Positions 50,875 through 59,983 of a stretch of 64,000 nucleotides of DNA are shown here, piece after piece; position 1 is the stretch's first letter, and each line of letters starts with the position of its first letter. Source of the DNA: Syntrophales bacterium (GTDB lineage Bacteria; Desulfobacterota; Syntrophia; Syntrophales; UBA2210). The stretch lies in contig CAXXKT010000001.1 in NCBI GenBank assembly GCA_963662405.2, positions 384,001 to 448,000 of the forward strand, given 5' to 3'. The notes beneath the pieces were generated by a model. The model did not search any database. It was given only the letters and a program-made list of their open reading frames with translations, and was not told where the DNA came from. The translations under genes were made by a program, and so were the position numbers.

Positions 50875-51936
50875 TCACTGTTTGTCCAGCAACCCATCAT
50901 CGAGTATCTGCTGGAAATGGTCTTTCACGGTCTGCTCGACGGGGATATACGACATGCCCAGATCTGTCTTGCTGTAAGAGCTATCGAGTCTGATATGAAT
51001 CCCGACATTTCTGCTCGCAAATTTCCGCGTGTAGCCCATCACCGGGGCAATGAGCCAGAACAGGAATTTGGGGGCCTGTCTCCGGGGAAACGGATACCGG
51101 TCTCCAAAATGTTTTCGAAGGATATTCGCTATATCGAGAAGCGATACTTCTTCACTCACGACGATGTGCCGCCCGCTCGCTTCCGGGGTGTACCCCGCCT
51201 TGACGTGGGCGGACGCCACGTCACGCACATCAACGATACAACTGTACAATTCCGGAACCCCGGTTTTGTAGATACCATTGCCAAAGAGGATCATGGTGTT
51301 GATGCTCATGGAGTCTTTCCTCTTCGACAGAGAAGGGCCAAGGATCCATCCGGGGTTGATCGTCAGCAGATCCCATTGCTCCTGTTCCGCGGCGAGAGCC
51401 CAGGCTTCTCTTTCCGCGATTGTCTTTGAATAGTTATAGGGCTGGTGGTCGGCACTGCTCGTGACGTTCCATTCCTTTTCAGTGAGTATGCCCTCCGGGG
51501 CCAGCGCCATGTCGGCATTGTCGCCGTATATCGCCACGACACTGCTGGTGAGCACCACCCGCTTCATCGTCGGGGTTCTTTGCGCCGATTCGAGGACATT
51601 GCGTGTCCCCTCTCTGGCCGGTCGTATCAATTCTTCTCCAGGATTCTTGATTCCGGTTATGAAGTAGGGTGAGGCGGTGTGCATCACCAGCTCGCACCCT
51701 CGCATCGGTTCATCGAAACTTCCCGGATTCAGAAGATCCGCCTTGAACAACGTCAACTGCCCGGTCGCTGTTTCCGCCAAGGCTTTCAGATGTTCGATCT
51801 TTTGCATATCCGAAGGGTCGCGTACCGTTGCGTGAACAGGGGTTCCCTCTTCCAGCAAGATCTTGATTATCCAGGAAGCCACGTAACCCGTACCCCCCGT
51901 AACCAATACCGGTTTGGTCTTATCGATTTCGCGCAT
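50875..51936 (-). CDS. NAD-dependent epimerase/dehydratase (dihydroflavonol-reductase-like)
   Basis: VTGGTGYVAS, HTASP, LTSS, YNYSK. Confidence 0.92.
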   Translation of the reverse strand: MREIDKTKPVLVTGGTGYVASWIIKILLEEGTPVHATVRDPSDMQKIEHLKALAETATGQLTLFKADLLNPGSFDEPMRGCELVMHTASPYFITGIKNPGEELIRPAREGTRNVLESAQRTPTMKRVVLTSSVVAIYGDNADMALAPEGILTEKEWNVTSSADHQPYNYSKTIAEREAWALAAEQEQWDLLTINPGWILGPSLSKRKDSMSINTMILFGNGIYKTGVPELYSCIVDVRDVASAHVKAGYTPEASGRHIVVSEEVSLLDIANILRKHFGDRYPFPRRQAPKFLFWLIAPVMGYTRKFASRNVGIHIRLDSSYSKTDLGMSYIPVEQTVKDHFQQILDDGLLDKQ

Positions 51937-52021
51937 GACACCCTCCTTATCTATCCTCGGAAACGCAGGTCTCCTCTCGAGTATTGGACAGGTTTCTCTT
52001 TTTCCGCCTTTACAATCACAA

Positions 52022-52185
52022 AACACAAAAGCCCCATCGCTCGGTTCGAGTAACGGGGCTTTTCGCAATCAGACCATACGCGCTCCTTTTATGTATCAGG
52101 TGCGGGCCGGACAGGTACAGCTAACAAACAAGCTCGTAATGAAATCAAAGGGAAGGATACCTCCCTGGGGGGATTCCGGTCAAGG
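52022..52185 (-). promoter_or_regulatory. Micro-ORF/terminator leader element, copy C
   Basis: TTGACC-18-TATCCT; AAGGAG-ATGGTCTGA (52077-52069); hairpin 52063-52027. Confidence 0.85.
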
Positions 52186-52415
52186 ATTTTATTGAAAGGG
52201 CGGGGTGCTCATAGGTTTCAGGCGGCACCGGGAGGTGGGGATCGATCGCCTGTCTGAACGAGAGGGTTGAGGGACGCCAGGCAGATCTTTCGGACAGCAT
52301 GAGGAGCTGTTTGCGGAGTTGATGCCGGTCGTATCCGCCCTCCTTGCCATACCATCCAAGTGGGGGTCAATGACTCTGTGGTGTTGATCGAGCTTGCCTA
52401 TGAGGTTCTGAGGTT

Positions 52416-52448
52416 AAAAAAACTCCGGCGAGCCGCTGCCCGCCGGAG
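52416..52448 (-). terminator. Intrinsic terminator
   Basis: CTCCGGCG...CGCCGGAG followed by T7 on the minus strand. Confidence 0.7.
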
Positions 52449-52515
52449 CGAGAAGATCCACTGACGTAACGAAGTAAAAAAAACGGCGTTGGTGACGAAA
52501 TGTCCTGACAGGCCT

Positions 52516-53097
52516 TTAGCTTACAGGTTTCTTGTCCTGAATTTTCCCCATCCGTTTTCCCAGCCAGTCTTTCAGCCTGTCAACAAGAGAAGGCTTTTTG
52601 AACGTGAGCTTTGTTTGCGCCGTCTTATCGGAACTCATGGACGTGACTTTGGCGGTATAGACACCAGCCGGAATAGTCGGTTGGGTAATGACAACAAACT
52701 GATTATATTTCCCGTCATCGGCATACGTGCCGCTGACGTTCCCTTTCAGGATTCCGGTGACCTTCGCGAGGGGGCCTATCGGGGCGGTAAATTGACCGGC
52801 GGCATCGACTTTTCCGTCAGCTACCACCACCTCGGTTTCATCAGGGCCAAAGAGCGTTACGAATACGGAATCTTCAGGCACGAATCCCGACCCTCCGAAT
52901 ACAATCTTTTGCTTCATCAATGTAGCAGCACCGAGACTGACGCATTCGGGGTTCACAATCAATTGAGGTCCCGTAATCTCAGGATCAAAGGTTTGTGGCC
53001 CGGCCGTACACCCGGTAAGCAGAAGGCCCCCTGTTACCCCCCATAACACTACCAGAAACAAAAACGCCAAAACCCTGCTTTTTTGAATGCTCAACAT
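52516..53097 (-). CDS. Putative lipoprotein with Ig-like domain
   Basis: LLTGC lipobox; GSGFVPEDSVFV. Confidence 0.75.
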   Translation of the reverse strand: MLSIQKSRVLAFLFLVVLWGVTGGLLLTGCTAGPQTFDPEITGPQLIVNPECVSLGAATLMKQKIVFGGSGFVPEDSVFVTLFGPDETEVVVADGKVDAAGQFTAPIGPLAKVTGILKGNVSGTYADDGKYNQFVVITQPTIPAGVYTAKVTSMSSDKTAQTKLTFKKPSLVDRLKDWLGKRMGKIQDKKPVS

Positions 53098-53299
53098 GTA
53101 AAGTCCCCCCCTGAGTTTTCAATTTATTATAGCATGGTGATGTAAGATGTGGTGCTCTTGTCGGCATGTGGCATTTCTACCGTAGGAACAGTATATTTTC
53201 TCGCGCAATATTTTTCAAGAGAAAATCATCGCTTTCGGATGAAATAGCGACAGCTCCCTCTGTATGGGACAATAAAAATTTGAAGTACAAGCTTCACAC

Positions 53300-53464
53300 G
53301 ACACAAAAGTCCCATCGCTCGGTTCGAGAAACGGGCTTTTCGCAATCAGGCCATAGGCGTTCCTTTTTGTTTGAAGTGCGGGCCGGACAGATACAGCCAG
53401 CAATAAAATAAGTTCGTAATGAAATCAAAAGGAAGGGTACCTCCCCGGGGGATGCCGGTCAAGG
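53300..53464 (-). promoter_or_regulatory. Micro-ORF/terminator leader element, copy D
   Basis: TTGACC-17-TACCCT; AAGGAA-ATGGCCTGA (53354-53346); hairpin 53340-53305. Confidence 0.8.
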
Positions 53465-53633
53465 GCTTTATCGAGGTGCATTTCGTATGGTGTATCAGTG
53501 ACCGAAGGGAAAAACCAGTTTCCCGCGAAGGACGAACCAACTGATTTCCCCGAGATTTTGACACTTCACACTAAATATCTTTGTCCTGCCATCCGATAGT
53601 GCTATAAAGCCCCGCAGTACAAGGAGGGGATAC

Positions 53634-55415
53634 ATGCGCGAACACTGGGATACCAAGCGGGCCTTCATTCTGGCGGCGATCGGATCGGCGATCGGACTGG
53701 GAAATATCTGGCGTTTCCCCTTCAAATGTTATGAAAACGGCGGCGGGGCGTTTCTCTTCGCCTATCTGATCGCCATGATCACGGCGGGGATTCCCCTCCT
53801 TATCATGGAGATGGGCATCGGTCACCGGTTCGGGCTGGCGGCACCACTCTCATGGAGGACAATCTCAAAAAAATATGAATGGATCGGCTGGTGGGCCGTG
53901 TTCGTATCGTTCGTTATCACCACCTACTACACGGTGGTAATGGCCTGGAGCCTGAATTTTTCTGTCTATTCCTTGAGCCAGGCATGGGGTGACAACCCGT
54001 CAGACTTTTTTTACAACTCATTTCTCCGACTCACGGACAGCCCTTTCAATCTGGGAGGGATACGCGTTCCAATCCTGGTTTCCCTGGCCGCGGCCTGGGT
54101 ACTGATTCTTGCCTCGATCTGGAAGGGCACCCGATCGGTTTCGAAAGTCGTTTATATCACGGTATTTCTGCCGTGGTTGATCCTGATCGTCTTTGTAATC
54201 AGAAGCGTCATGCTTCCGGGAGCCATGGAAGGACTCCATTATTATCTGTACCCCGTCATGGAAAAGCTCATGAATCCCCGTGTCTGGGTGGCGGCCTATG
54301 GGCAGGCCTTTTATTCGCTGTCCATCGGGTTCGGTCTGATTATCGCCTACGCCAGCTATCTCAAACGGGACACCGATATTGTCAGCAGCGCGGTCATCAT
54401 TGCATTGAGTGACGGCGCGACCGCCTTTGTCGGCGGCTTCGCCGTGTTCGGTTCACTGGGTTTTTATGCCCACCTGAATAACCTGCCCGTCACCGAGGTC
54501 TTACAGGGCGGACCGGGGTTGGCATTTGTAACGTATCCGGCGATCATTAATCAGTTGCCGTATTCATGGATCTTCGGGATCCTCTTTTTCCTGATGCTGA
54601 TTACCCTGGCGCTGGATTCCTGTTTTGCCCTGGTGGAATCCGTATCTTCGTCATTGAGGGATAAATTCGGCTGGGGCATTAAGAAATCCAACCTGCTTGT
54701 CGCCATTCCGGGATTTGTGGTCGGCATTATTTTCACGACCGGCGCGGGGTTGTACTGGCTCGATATCGTCGATAAGTGGATGGAGTTCTTTGGGCTGGGG
54801 ATGGTGATCCTCTTTGAAACGATTGTCATCGGGTGGTTTTACGATACGGGAGGTTTGCGGCAGTATGCCAACCGGCCCTCGGATATCAAGATCGGGAGGT
54901 CATGGGAAATCCTCTTGAAATATTTAATCCCGGTTGCACTGGCAATCCTCGTCGTCAGTGAAGGCATCCGGCTGATTCGCATCGGTTATGGTGATTACCC
55001 CGCTTCGGCACTGCTCATAGGAGGGTGGGGCGTGGCATTGATCCTGCCGGTTATTGCCTTCCTGGCCGCCAAGCTCAGAGGGAAAGAAAAATCCCTTTCC
55101 CCTTTGCCGGAGCCCGTGGAAGACCTGACCGATCAGACCGGTTTTCGTCACTATGCCCTTTTCCAGCGAGTCGTCATAGTTTTGATCGTGGTCACCTCTG
55201 TGGTTGCCCTTGTGGCCCGATGTTTTCCCCGTATGACACATTTCGTTGTCCCCGTTGTCATCATCACCATGGTTATCAGCCTCGTGGGGGGATCCGTGTA
55301 TTTTCTGAAAATCTCGTCGGGCAATTTTGAGAAACGGGAAGAATGGCGGGAAAGGTATGCATTGGATCAACAGAGAAGCAGTACCAATCGAGCCCGAAGG
55401 GGTTCCCGCCAATAA
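53634..55415 (+). CDS. Sodium-dependent transporter, NSS (SNF) family, with C-terminal extension
   Basis: GSAIGLGNIWRFP, NGGGAF, QAFYSLSIG, GPGLAF. Confidence 0.93.
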   Translation: MREHWDTKRAFILAAIGSAIGLGNIWRFPFKCYENGGGAFLFAYLIAMITAGIPLLIMEMGIGHRFGLAAPLSWRTISKKYEWIGWWAVFVSFVITTYYTVVMAWSLNFSVYSLSQAWGDNPSDFFYNSFLRLTDSPFNLGGIRVPILVSLAAAWVLILASIWKGTRSVSKVVYITVFLPWLILIVFVIRSVMLPGAMEGLHYYLYPVMEKLMNPRVWVAAYGQAFYSLSIGFGLIIAYASYLKRDTDIVSSAVIIALSDGATAFVGGFAVFGSLGFYAHLNNLPVTEVLQGGPGLAFVTYPAIINQLPYSWIFGILFFLMLITLALDSCFALVESVSSSLRDKFGWGIKKSNLLVAIPGFVVGIIFTTGAGLYWLDIVDKWMEFFGLGMVILFETIVIGWFYDTGGLRQYANRPSDIKIGRSWEILLKYLIPVALAILVVSEGIRLIRIGYGDYPASALLIGGWGVALILPVIAFLAAKLRGKEKSLSPLPEPVEDLTDQTGFRHYALFQRVVIVLIVVTSVVALVARCFPRMTHFVVPVVIITMVISLVGGSVYFLKISSGNFEKREEWRERYALDQQRSSTNRARRGSRQ

Positions 55416-55472
55416 GACTTTGAATGGTCAGGCACCGGCAATCATCCTCCGCCGGCGCCTGACCCGGCCTGT

Positions 55473-56585
55473 TTATTTGAAGACCAGCATTGTCGAGGTC
55501 TGATTGATATGACCGAGGTATTCTTCACCGTAGGTGCTGAACCCGACGGTCGGGACATCGGTGAAGACCTTTCCGTAATCGTCCGTTTTTTCACCTCCCT
55601 TGAGCTCGAGTGTCCTGAGGATGCAATGGAAATTGACGATCCCCGCGATCGATCCCATTTCCTTCCGTTTCGCCTCGATAGCCGCCTTCGTATCACCGAC
55701 GATATCACCCGATTCCAAGAGTGAAAGTTCCATCCCCTCCAGTATCTGACAGTAGAATTTGATGACCGTGCCCTGAACCTGCTGGGGACTTCTGACGAAG
55801 GGTTCGCCGTCAACCATGAGCCCCAGGGGGTTTTTCATGAAGTAGTCGGCCGCCGCATCTACCGGTACGCCGACGGCCTCGGCATAGGCTTCCGTGGCGG
55901 GCCTGCCATTAAATTCGATGACTTCTCTGTTCTGCTCATCGACTTTTGTAGCCACCAATACCGGGGAAAGCTGTTTAAAGCTCTGTGTCTTAACGATGTC
56001 GAAGGGCCTGGCGGCCTTTATGAGGACCAGGATCGCGGCATCGGTGCACGCCTTTCCTTCGGCAAAGAGGTGCGTCGCCTGGAACTTGAGGTCATCACCG
56101 GCCGACCCGCCGATAAAGGTAACGTTGGTCAGATCGCCGATCCATTCCATCAGTCTCTCCTCGGCACCGCTGAGGCCGTCGGCCAATATGATGCCTACAT
56201 ACGTTTCGAAATCAATAGACGCCATGTCCGTTCCGAAGTGCTTTTCGAAAGAATCGAATGCACCGATGATCATGTCTTTATTCCCGGTCGCGATACCCTC
56301 CACGACTTCAATTTTCATGTCTTCGATGATGTCGCCGCCGAAGGCCATGGCCACGATGGATTCTTCCAGCATTTTTCCCGAAACGATCTCACCGGCCGTC
56401 GTACAGCCGAAGACGGGAACAGCGTCAAAGGCCTTCTGCATTTCCGCGGCCACCGCATCGGGATCGTAAGACGACGAAACAAAATAAATGACTGTTTTAA
56501 AGGACTCGACACCCAGGGCCTGCCGGATCGTTTGAACCGCTTTGGTGACATCTTTTTCAGTGGTGTACGCTGTTTTGATACTCAT
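55473..56585 (-). CDS. Stand-alone FIST domain protein
   Basis: GCTTAGEI, DGLSG.EE, GGSAGD, CILR, GFSTYGE. Confidence 0.9.
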   Translation of the reverse strand: MSIKTAYTTEKDVTKAVQTIRQALGVESFKTVIYFVSSSYDPDAVAAEMQKAFDAVPVFGCTTAGEIVSGKMLEESIVAMAFGGDIIEDMKIEVVEGIATGNKDMIIGAFDSFEKHFGTDMASIDFETYVGIILADGLSGAEERLMEWIGDLTNVTFIGGSAGDDLKFQATHLFAEGKACTDAAILVLIKAARPFDIVKTQSFKQLSPVLVATKVDEQNREVIEFNGRPATEAYAEAVGVPVDAAADYFMKNPLGLMVDGEPFVRSPQQVQGTVIKFYCQILEGMELSLLESGDIVGDTKAAIEAKRKEMGSIAGIVNFHCILRTLELKGGEKTDDYGKVFTDVPTVGFSTYGEEYLGHINQTSTMLVFK

Positions 56586-56622
56586 ATATCTTCTCCTCCG
56601 TTACATATTCTGTGTTTGGCTA

Positions 56623-56826
56623 CTACGAGATCTTGACTCCCATCTCCTGCGCCGTCATGATGACTTTTTTTATGACGGCAGGGTCGTCCGCCGAACGCGC
56701 GTCATACTTGTCGGGGTTGAGTCCCTTCAATATCAGCTTTGTCTTTGTCGTGGTCATCAGGGTGGGATTTCCACCTGACTTAGCCGTTACGATCTCATCC
56801 AACATCTTCTTGATTTTTCCCGCCAT
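56623..56826 (-). CDS. Small hypothetical protein
   Basis: AGGAGG RBS; GNPTL...TKTKLILKGLNPDKY...DDP. Confidence 0.75.
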   Translation of the reverse strand: MAGKIKKMLDEIVTAKSGGNPTLMTTTKTKLILKGLNPDKYDARSADDPAVIKKVIMTAQEMGVKIS

Positions 56827-57242
56827 AGATTCCTCCTTGAGTAATATGATTTCCCGTTGTCCTGTTTTAGTAGATTGTAAGATTCCAAGCGATCAAATGT
56901 ATGATAAACTCAGATCCAGGTTGTTGCCTGGTCCGGCCCTCTCGGCTTATGCCGCAGGAGCTTCATCACAGGCCCCGACGGATCAATAATCGGCAGTAAC
57001 CTTTATTTCTTTAGAAAATAACGTAAAAGGGGAGGAAGAAGGGAAGATCGGACAAGGGGCATCGGGATCTTACGAAAAACGCCGTCCCGGGGGATTTCGC
57101 GCATATTCTGATTCATAAAAGATCGGGTAGTCCCCCGTCGAAAGGCTATACGCTATTCCTCTTGGCACAAGAAACCACGCGAGGATTTCACGGGCTCTCC
57201 CCGCGTTGTGATTTTTCAATCGTTACAGCGACAATAAAACAA

Positions 57243-57978
57243 GGGTCTTGACTAGAACAGCGGTTTATTTTTGAAGTTCTTTAACAACAATTTATAGATA
57301 TCGGTGTTACGGTTGTTGAACCGGAACTCACATTCCTTGAGATGCAGGTAAAAGGTTGATTGTGGAATACCATGGAACTTCATCAGCCTCCGTTTTGCGA
57401 ATGACCAGAAGGATTCAATGCCATTGATGTGGCTTTTCCCCCTGGCAAATTCATTGGCTCCGTGATGAACACGGTAATGCTTTTTGTATCCCAAGTCAAC
57501 CAAACCATCATAGCCTCTCCAACTATCTGAATGTATGACACTATTCGGTTCAACTTTGCCCCTGATAATGGCCTGGAGAGTCTTCCTGGCGCAATCGGGA
57601 ACGATTTCGGTATAGACACTGCCTTTTCGTTGCAGGATACCGAATACAGGGGTTTTTCTCCCGGCCCCACGGCCTCGTTTCCCTTTGATACGTTTTGCAC
57701 CGAAATATGATTCGTCAACCTCGATTTCACCCTGAAATGGTGATTCTTCTTCGCACAGATCAGCTATACGTTGACGAATCAAAGACAGATATCGATTCAC
57801 CGTATTTCTATTGAGTTTTGTTAAAAGAGCGATGGTTTGAGCATCCAAATCGAAGGCAAAATACTTCACGATCTCTCTAAATTTTGCCTCTGAAATTTTG
57901 GAATTTTTTACATACTTGTTACTTATTGACATGACTAGACTCTTAACATATTTCCGTGTGCTGTTCTAGTCAAGACCC
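57243..57978 (-). mobile_element. IS1595-family element (IS1016-like), 736 bp
   Basis: Perfect 19-bp inverted repeats GGGTCTTGACTAGAACAGC; 8-bp target-site duplication TAAAACAA (57235-57242, 57979-57986). Confidence 0.95.
57252..57932 (-). CDS. IS1595 family transposase
   Basis: EVDESYFG, GKRGRGA, HSDSWRGY, HINGIESFWS, HLKECEFRFN. Confidence 0.95.
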   Translation of the reverse strand: MSISNKYVKNSKISEAKFREIVKYFAFDLDAQTIALLTKLNRNTVNRYLSLIRQRIADLCEEESPFQGEIEVDESYFGAKRIKGKRGRGAGRKTPVFGILQRKGSVYTEIVPDCARKTLQAIIRGKVEPNSVIHSDSWRGYDGLVDLGYKKHYRVHHGANEFARGKSHINGIESFWSFAKRRLMKFHGIPQSTFYLHLKECEFRFNNRNTDIYKLLLKNFKNKPLF

Positions 57979-57982
57979 TAAA

Positions 57983-58046
57983 ACAAAAGCCCCGTTGCTC
58001 ATTTCGAGAAACGGGGCTCTTGTAATCGGTCCGTATGTGCTCGTTG
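57983..58046 (-). terminator. Decayed leader element copy F, hairpin intact
   Basis: GAGCCCCGTTTCTC-gaaat-GAGCAACGGGGCTTTT; micro-ORF position reads ACGGACCGA. Confidence 0.65.
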
Positions 58047-58051
58047 TTTCC

Positions 58052-58849
58052 TTATTTATCTGTGCTCTTCAGCATTTCAAGCAGTTGCGGCGTCGCCTTG
58101 CCGTCAGGATACAGACCCTTCGTGCGCTGAAACTCCTGGATCGCAGTCTTCGTCTTGCCCCCGAACATCCCATCAATCGGACCCGGCGCGTATCCCAGAT
58201 CGGTCAGGCGCTGCTGGACTTGACGGACCAGTTGCTGCCCGGTGGACCTGTTGGTGCTCCGAGTCGATGGCGCGGCCTGGTTCATCTTTTTTACATACTC
58301 CTGTATACCCGATTCCGAGAGCAACTGACTGTCAACCTGAACACCATGAGCCTGGGCCAGGCGAAACCACCTGACCGCTTCCCTGTTGCTCTGCGGGACC
58401 CCGATCCCCTGGGCATACATCAGTCCGAGCAGATCCATGGAGGGCCCGTGCTCCAGAGCGGCGGCCTGTTCGAGATGGCGTACCGCCACCATCGAATTAG
58501 AGAAAATCAATTCCATGCCGATAAAGTAATGCGCCGCCGGGGAACCGTTCTCCGCGGCCTGCCGTATCCAGTACTCGTATTGCCTGATATCTCGCTGTAC
58601 CCCTTCCCGGTTCAGATACATGTTGGCGAGCATGAACTGTCCATACGGGCTTCCCGCCTGGGCAGCCGTTTTATATTCCTGGAAAGCGGTAACAAAATCC
58701 TTGTTCTGATATGCCTCGTCCGCCTTTTCCTCAGCGACGCTTGACTTGTACAGGTCTACCGTCTGAGACAATGTCCCCGCGCAACCGGACAAAAAACCGC
58801 CTAAGACAATCAAACCAGCTATAACCAAAACCTTTCGATAGCGAATCAT
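58052..58849 (-). CDS. Lipoprotein with Sel1-like repeats and peptidoglycan-binding domain
   Basis: LSGC lipobox; LGLMYAQGIGVPQSNREAVRWF; VQQRLTDLGY.PGPIDGMFGGKTKTAIQEFQ. Confidence 0.9.
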   Translation of the reverse strand: MIRYRKVLVIAGLIVLGGFLSGCAGTLSQTVDLYKSSVAEEKADEAYQNKDFVTAFQEYKTAAQAGSPYGQFMLANMYLNREGVQRDIRQYEYWIRQAAENGSPAAHYFIGMELIFSNSMVAVRHLEQAAALEHGPSMDLLGLMYAQGIGVPQSNREAVRWFRLAQAHGVQVDSQLLSESGIQEYVKKMNQAAPSTRSTNRSTGQQLVRQVQQRLTDLGYAPGPIDGMFGGKTKTAIQEFQRTKGLYPDGKATPQLLEMLKSTDK

Positions 58850-58916
58850 CGTCAGTCTCCCTTATCTTTGTTTGCCCTCACCCTGCCTTCAATTGTAAAT
58901 CACCGGACAGGTACCG

Positions 58917-59798
58917 TTACTTCGCACCACCGCCGCTGCTGCTGTTATGGACGAGATAGCGATTACCGCTGTCCGTCACCACATAGAAATTATGGCTGTC
59001 ATCGACCTGCATATTATACAGCGTGTGGCGTGCCCGATGGTAATCGACTGAAACAATCGTGACCATACAACCGTCTATCTGCACCTCGTCACCTTCCCGC
59101 AGGTCGCGCACCCTCTTCCAGCCGGTGTCGCTGAGGAGCCGTTCGGTTCCGGTAGCGGAAAGCTCTCCGTTGATCGTATAGAGATGATTTCCCTCGACGG
59201 TGTAGACATCGACCACCGGTTTGATTACCGTAGTCTGATACCCGATATCGTAGGTCAGGACCCGATCACCGGGGCGGATCTGTTCAAAGGGTTTTGCCGA
59301 TCCGTCCGCCATGGTCACGAGCGTATCGGGCAGAAAACACCCCCCCGACTGGGAGATAATCGTCTGTCTCTCCTGCTCCAACCGGTCGACTTTCTTCTTG
59401 AGCCGTTCAACTTCCTTCTCGGTGGCGGCTGCTTCGGTATAGTGCCGATTTGCCGCATCTTCATATGTCTCTTTGCCATCTCCCTTGAACCATCCCCGAC
59501 TTTGGTCGTTCTTGACATCATTTATGACCCCGAGGTGCTGTTCCTTGACCGCGTGCGCCTCCAGGCCGCTAATGGTCTCTCGAGTGTTTTCGATGTCTCT
59601 CTCGACTTCTTTCACTGTTCGCGGCGTAACAGGAGCAGGGGGCGGGGTCTCAGGCTTGGGGGCCGGCTTTGCATACCTATAACCCCTTGACGGCCCCGGG
59701 GACAGACAGAATGCGACAGCATCCTGAATTGAGAATACGATTGCTGTGCCGATCACCAGAACGACAAACATTGACTGGAGCATGTTTTCTCTTTTCAT
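58917..59798 (-). CDS. Secreted protein with C-terminal Hint (intein-like) domain
   Basis: Signal peptide, Pro linker, coiled coil, CFLPDTLVTMADG...LYNMQVDDSHNFYV...LVHN-S. Confidence 0.88.
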   Translation of the reverse strand: MKRENMLQSMFVVLVIGTAIVFSIQDAVAFCLSPGPSRGYRYAKPAPKPETPPPAPVTPRTVKEVERDIENTRETISGLEAHAVKEQHLGVINDVKNDQSRGWFKGDGKETYEDAANRHYTEAAATEKEVERLKKKVDRLEQERQTIISQSGGCFLPDTLVTMADGSAKPFEQIRPGDRVLTYDIGYQTTVIKPVVDVYTVEGNHLYTINGELSATGTERLLSDTGWKRVRDLREGDEVQIDGCMVTIVSVDYHRARHTLYNMQVDDSHNFYVVTDSGNRYLVHNSSSGGGAK

Positions 59799-59983
59799 AA
59801 TATCCCTCAATAGTTAAAACTGCTTTGAATGTGATTTTTCTCTAATTTATACCAAGATTACTTTTTGTGTCAATCTCCTTTTGCGTAGCGGAGCCAAGGT
59901 GCCGTTTCTCCCCCGGGACGCATGATCCATCTCATCTCGTTCTTGTCAGGGGGAGGAGCATTGCTCGTTTGAGCACCGTGTTT

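Noticed and set aside
52200..52400. Possible gene remnant between copy C and the terminator
   Set aside because: No recognisable protein motif in the frames examined
49085..53464. Repeats as a CRISPR array or integron attC sites
   Set aside because: Units are about 165 bp and separated by whole genes; no cas or intI gene and no RYYYAAC/GTTRRRY ends
49057..53564. Short ORFs running through the repeats (49057..49287, 50676..50993, 51914..52195, 53166..53411) and the extended N-terminus of 50875..52068
   Set aside because: Frames are not preserved between copies because of indels; by-products of the repeat
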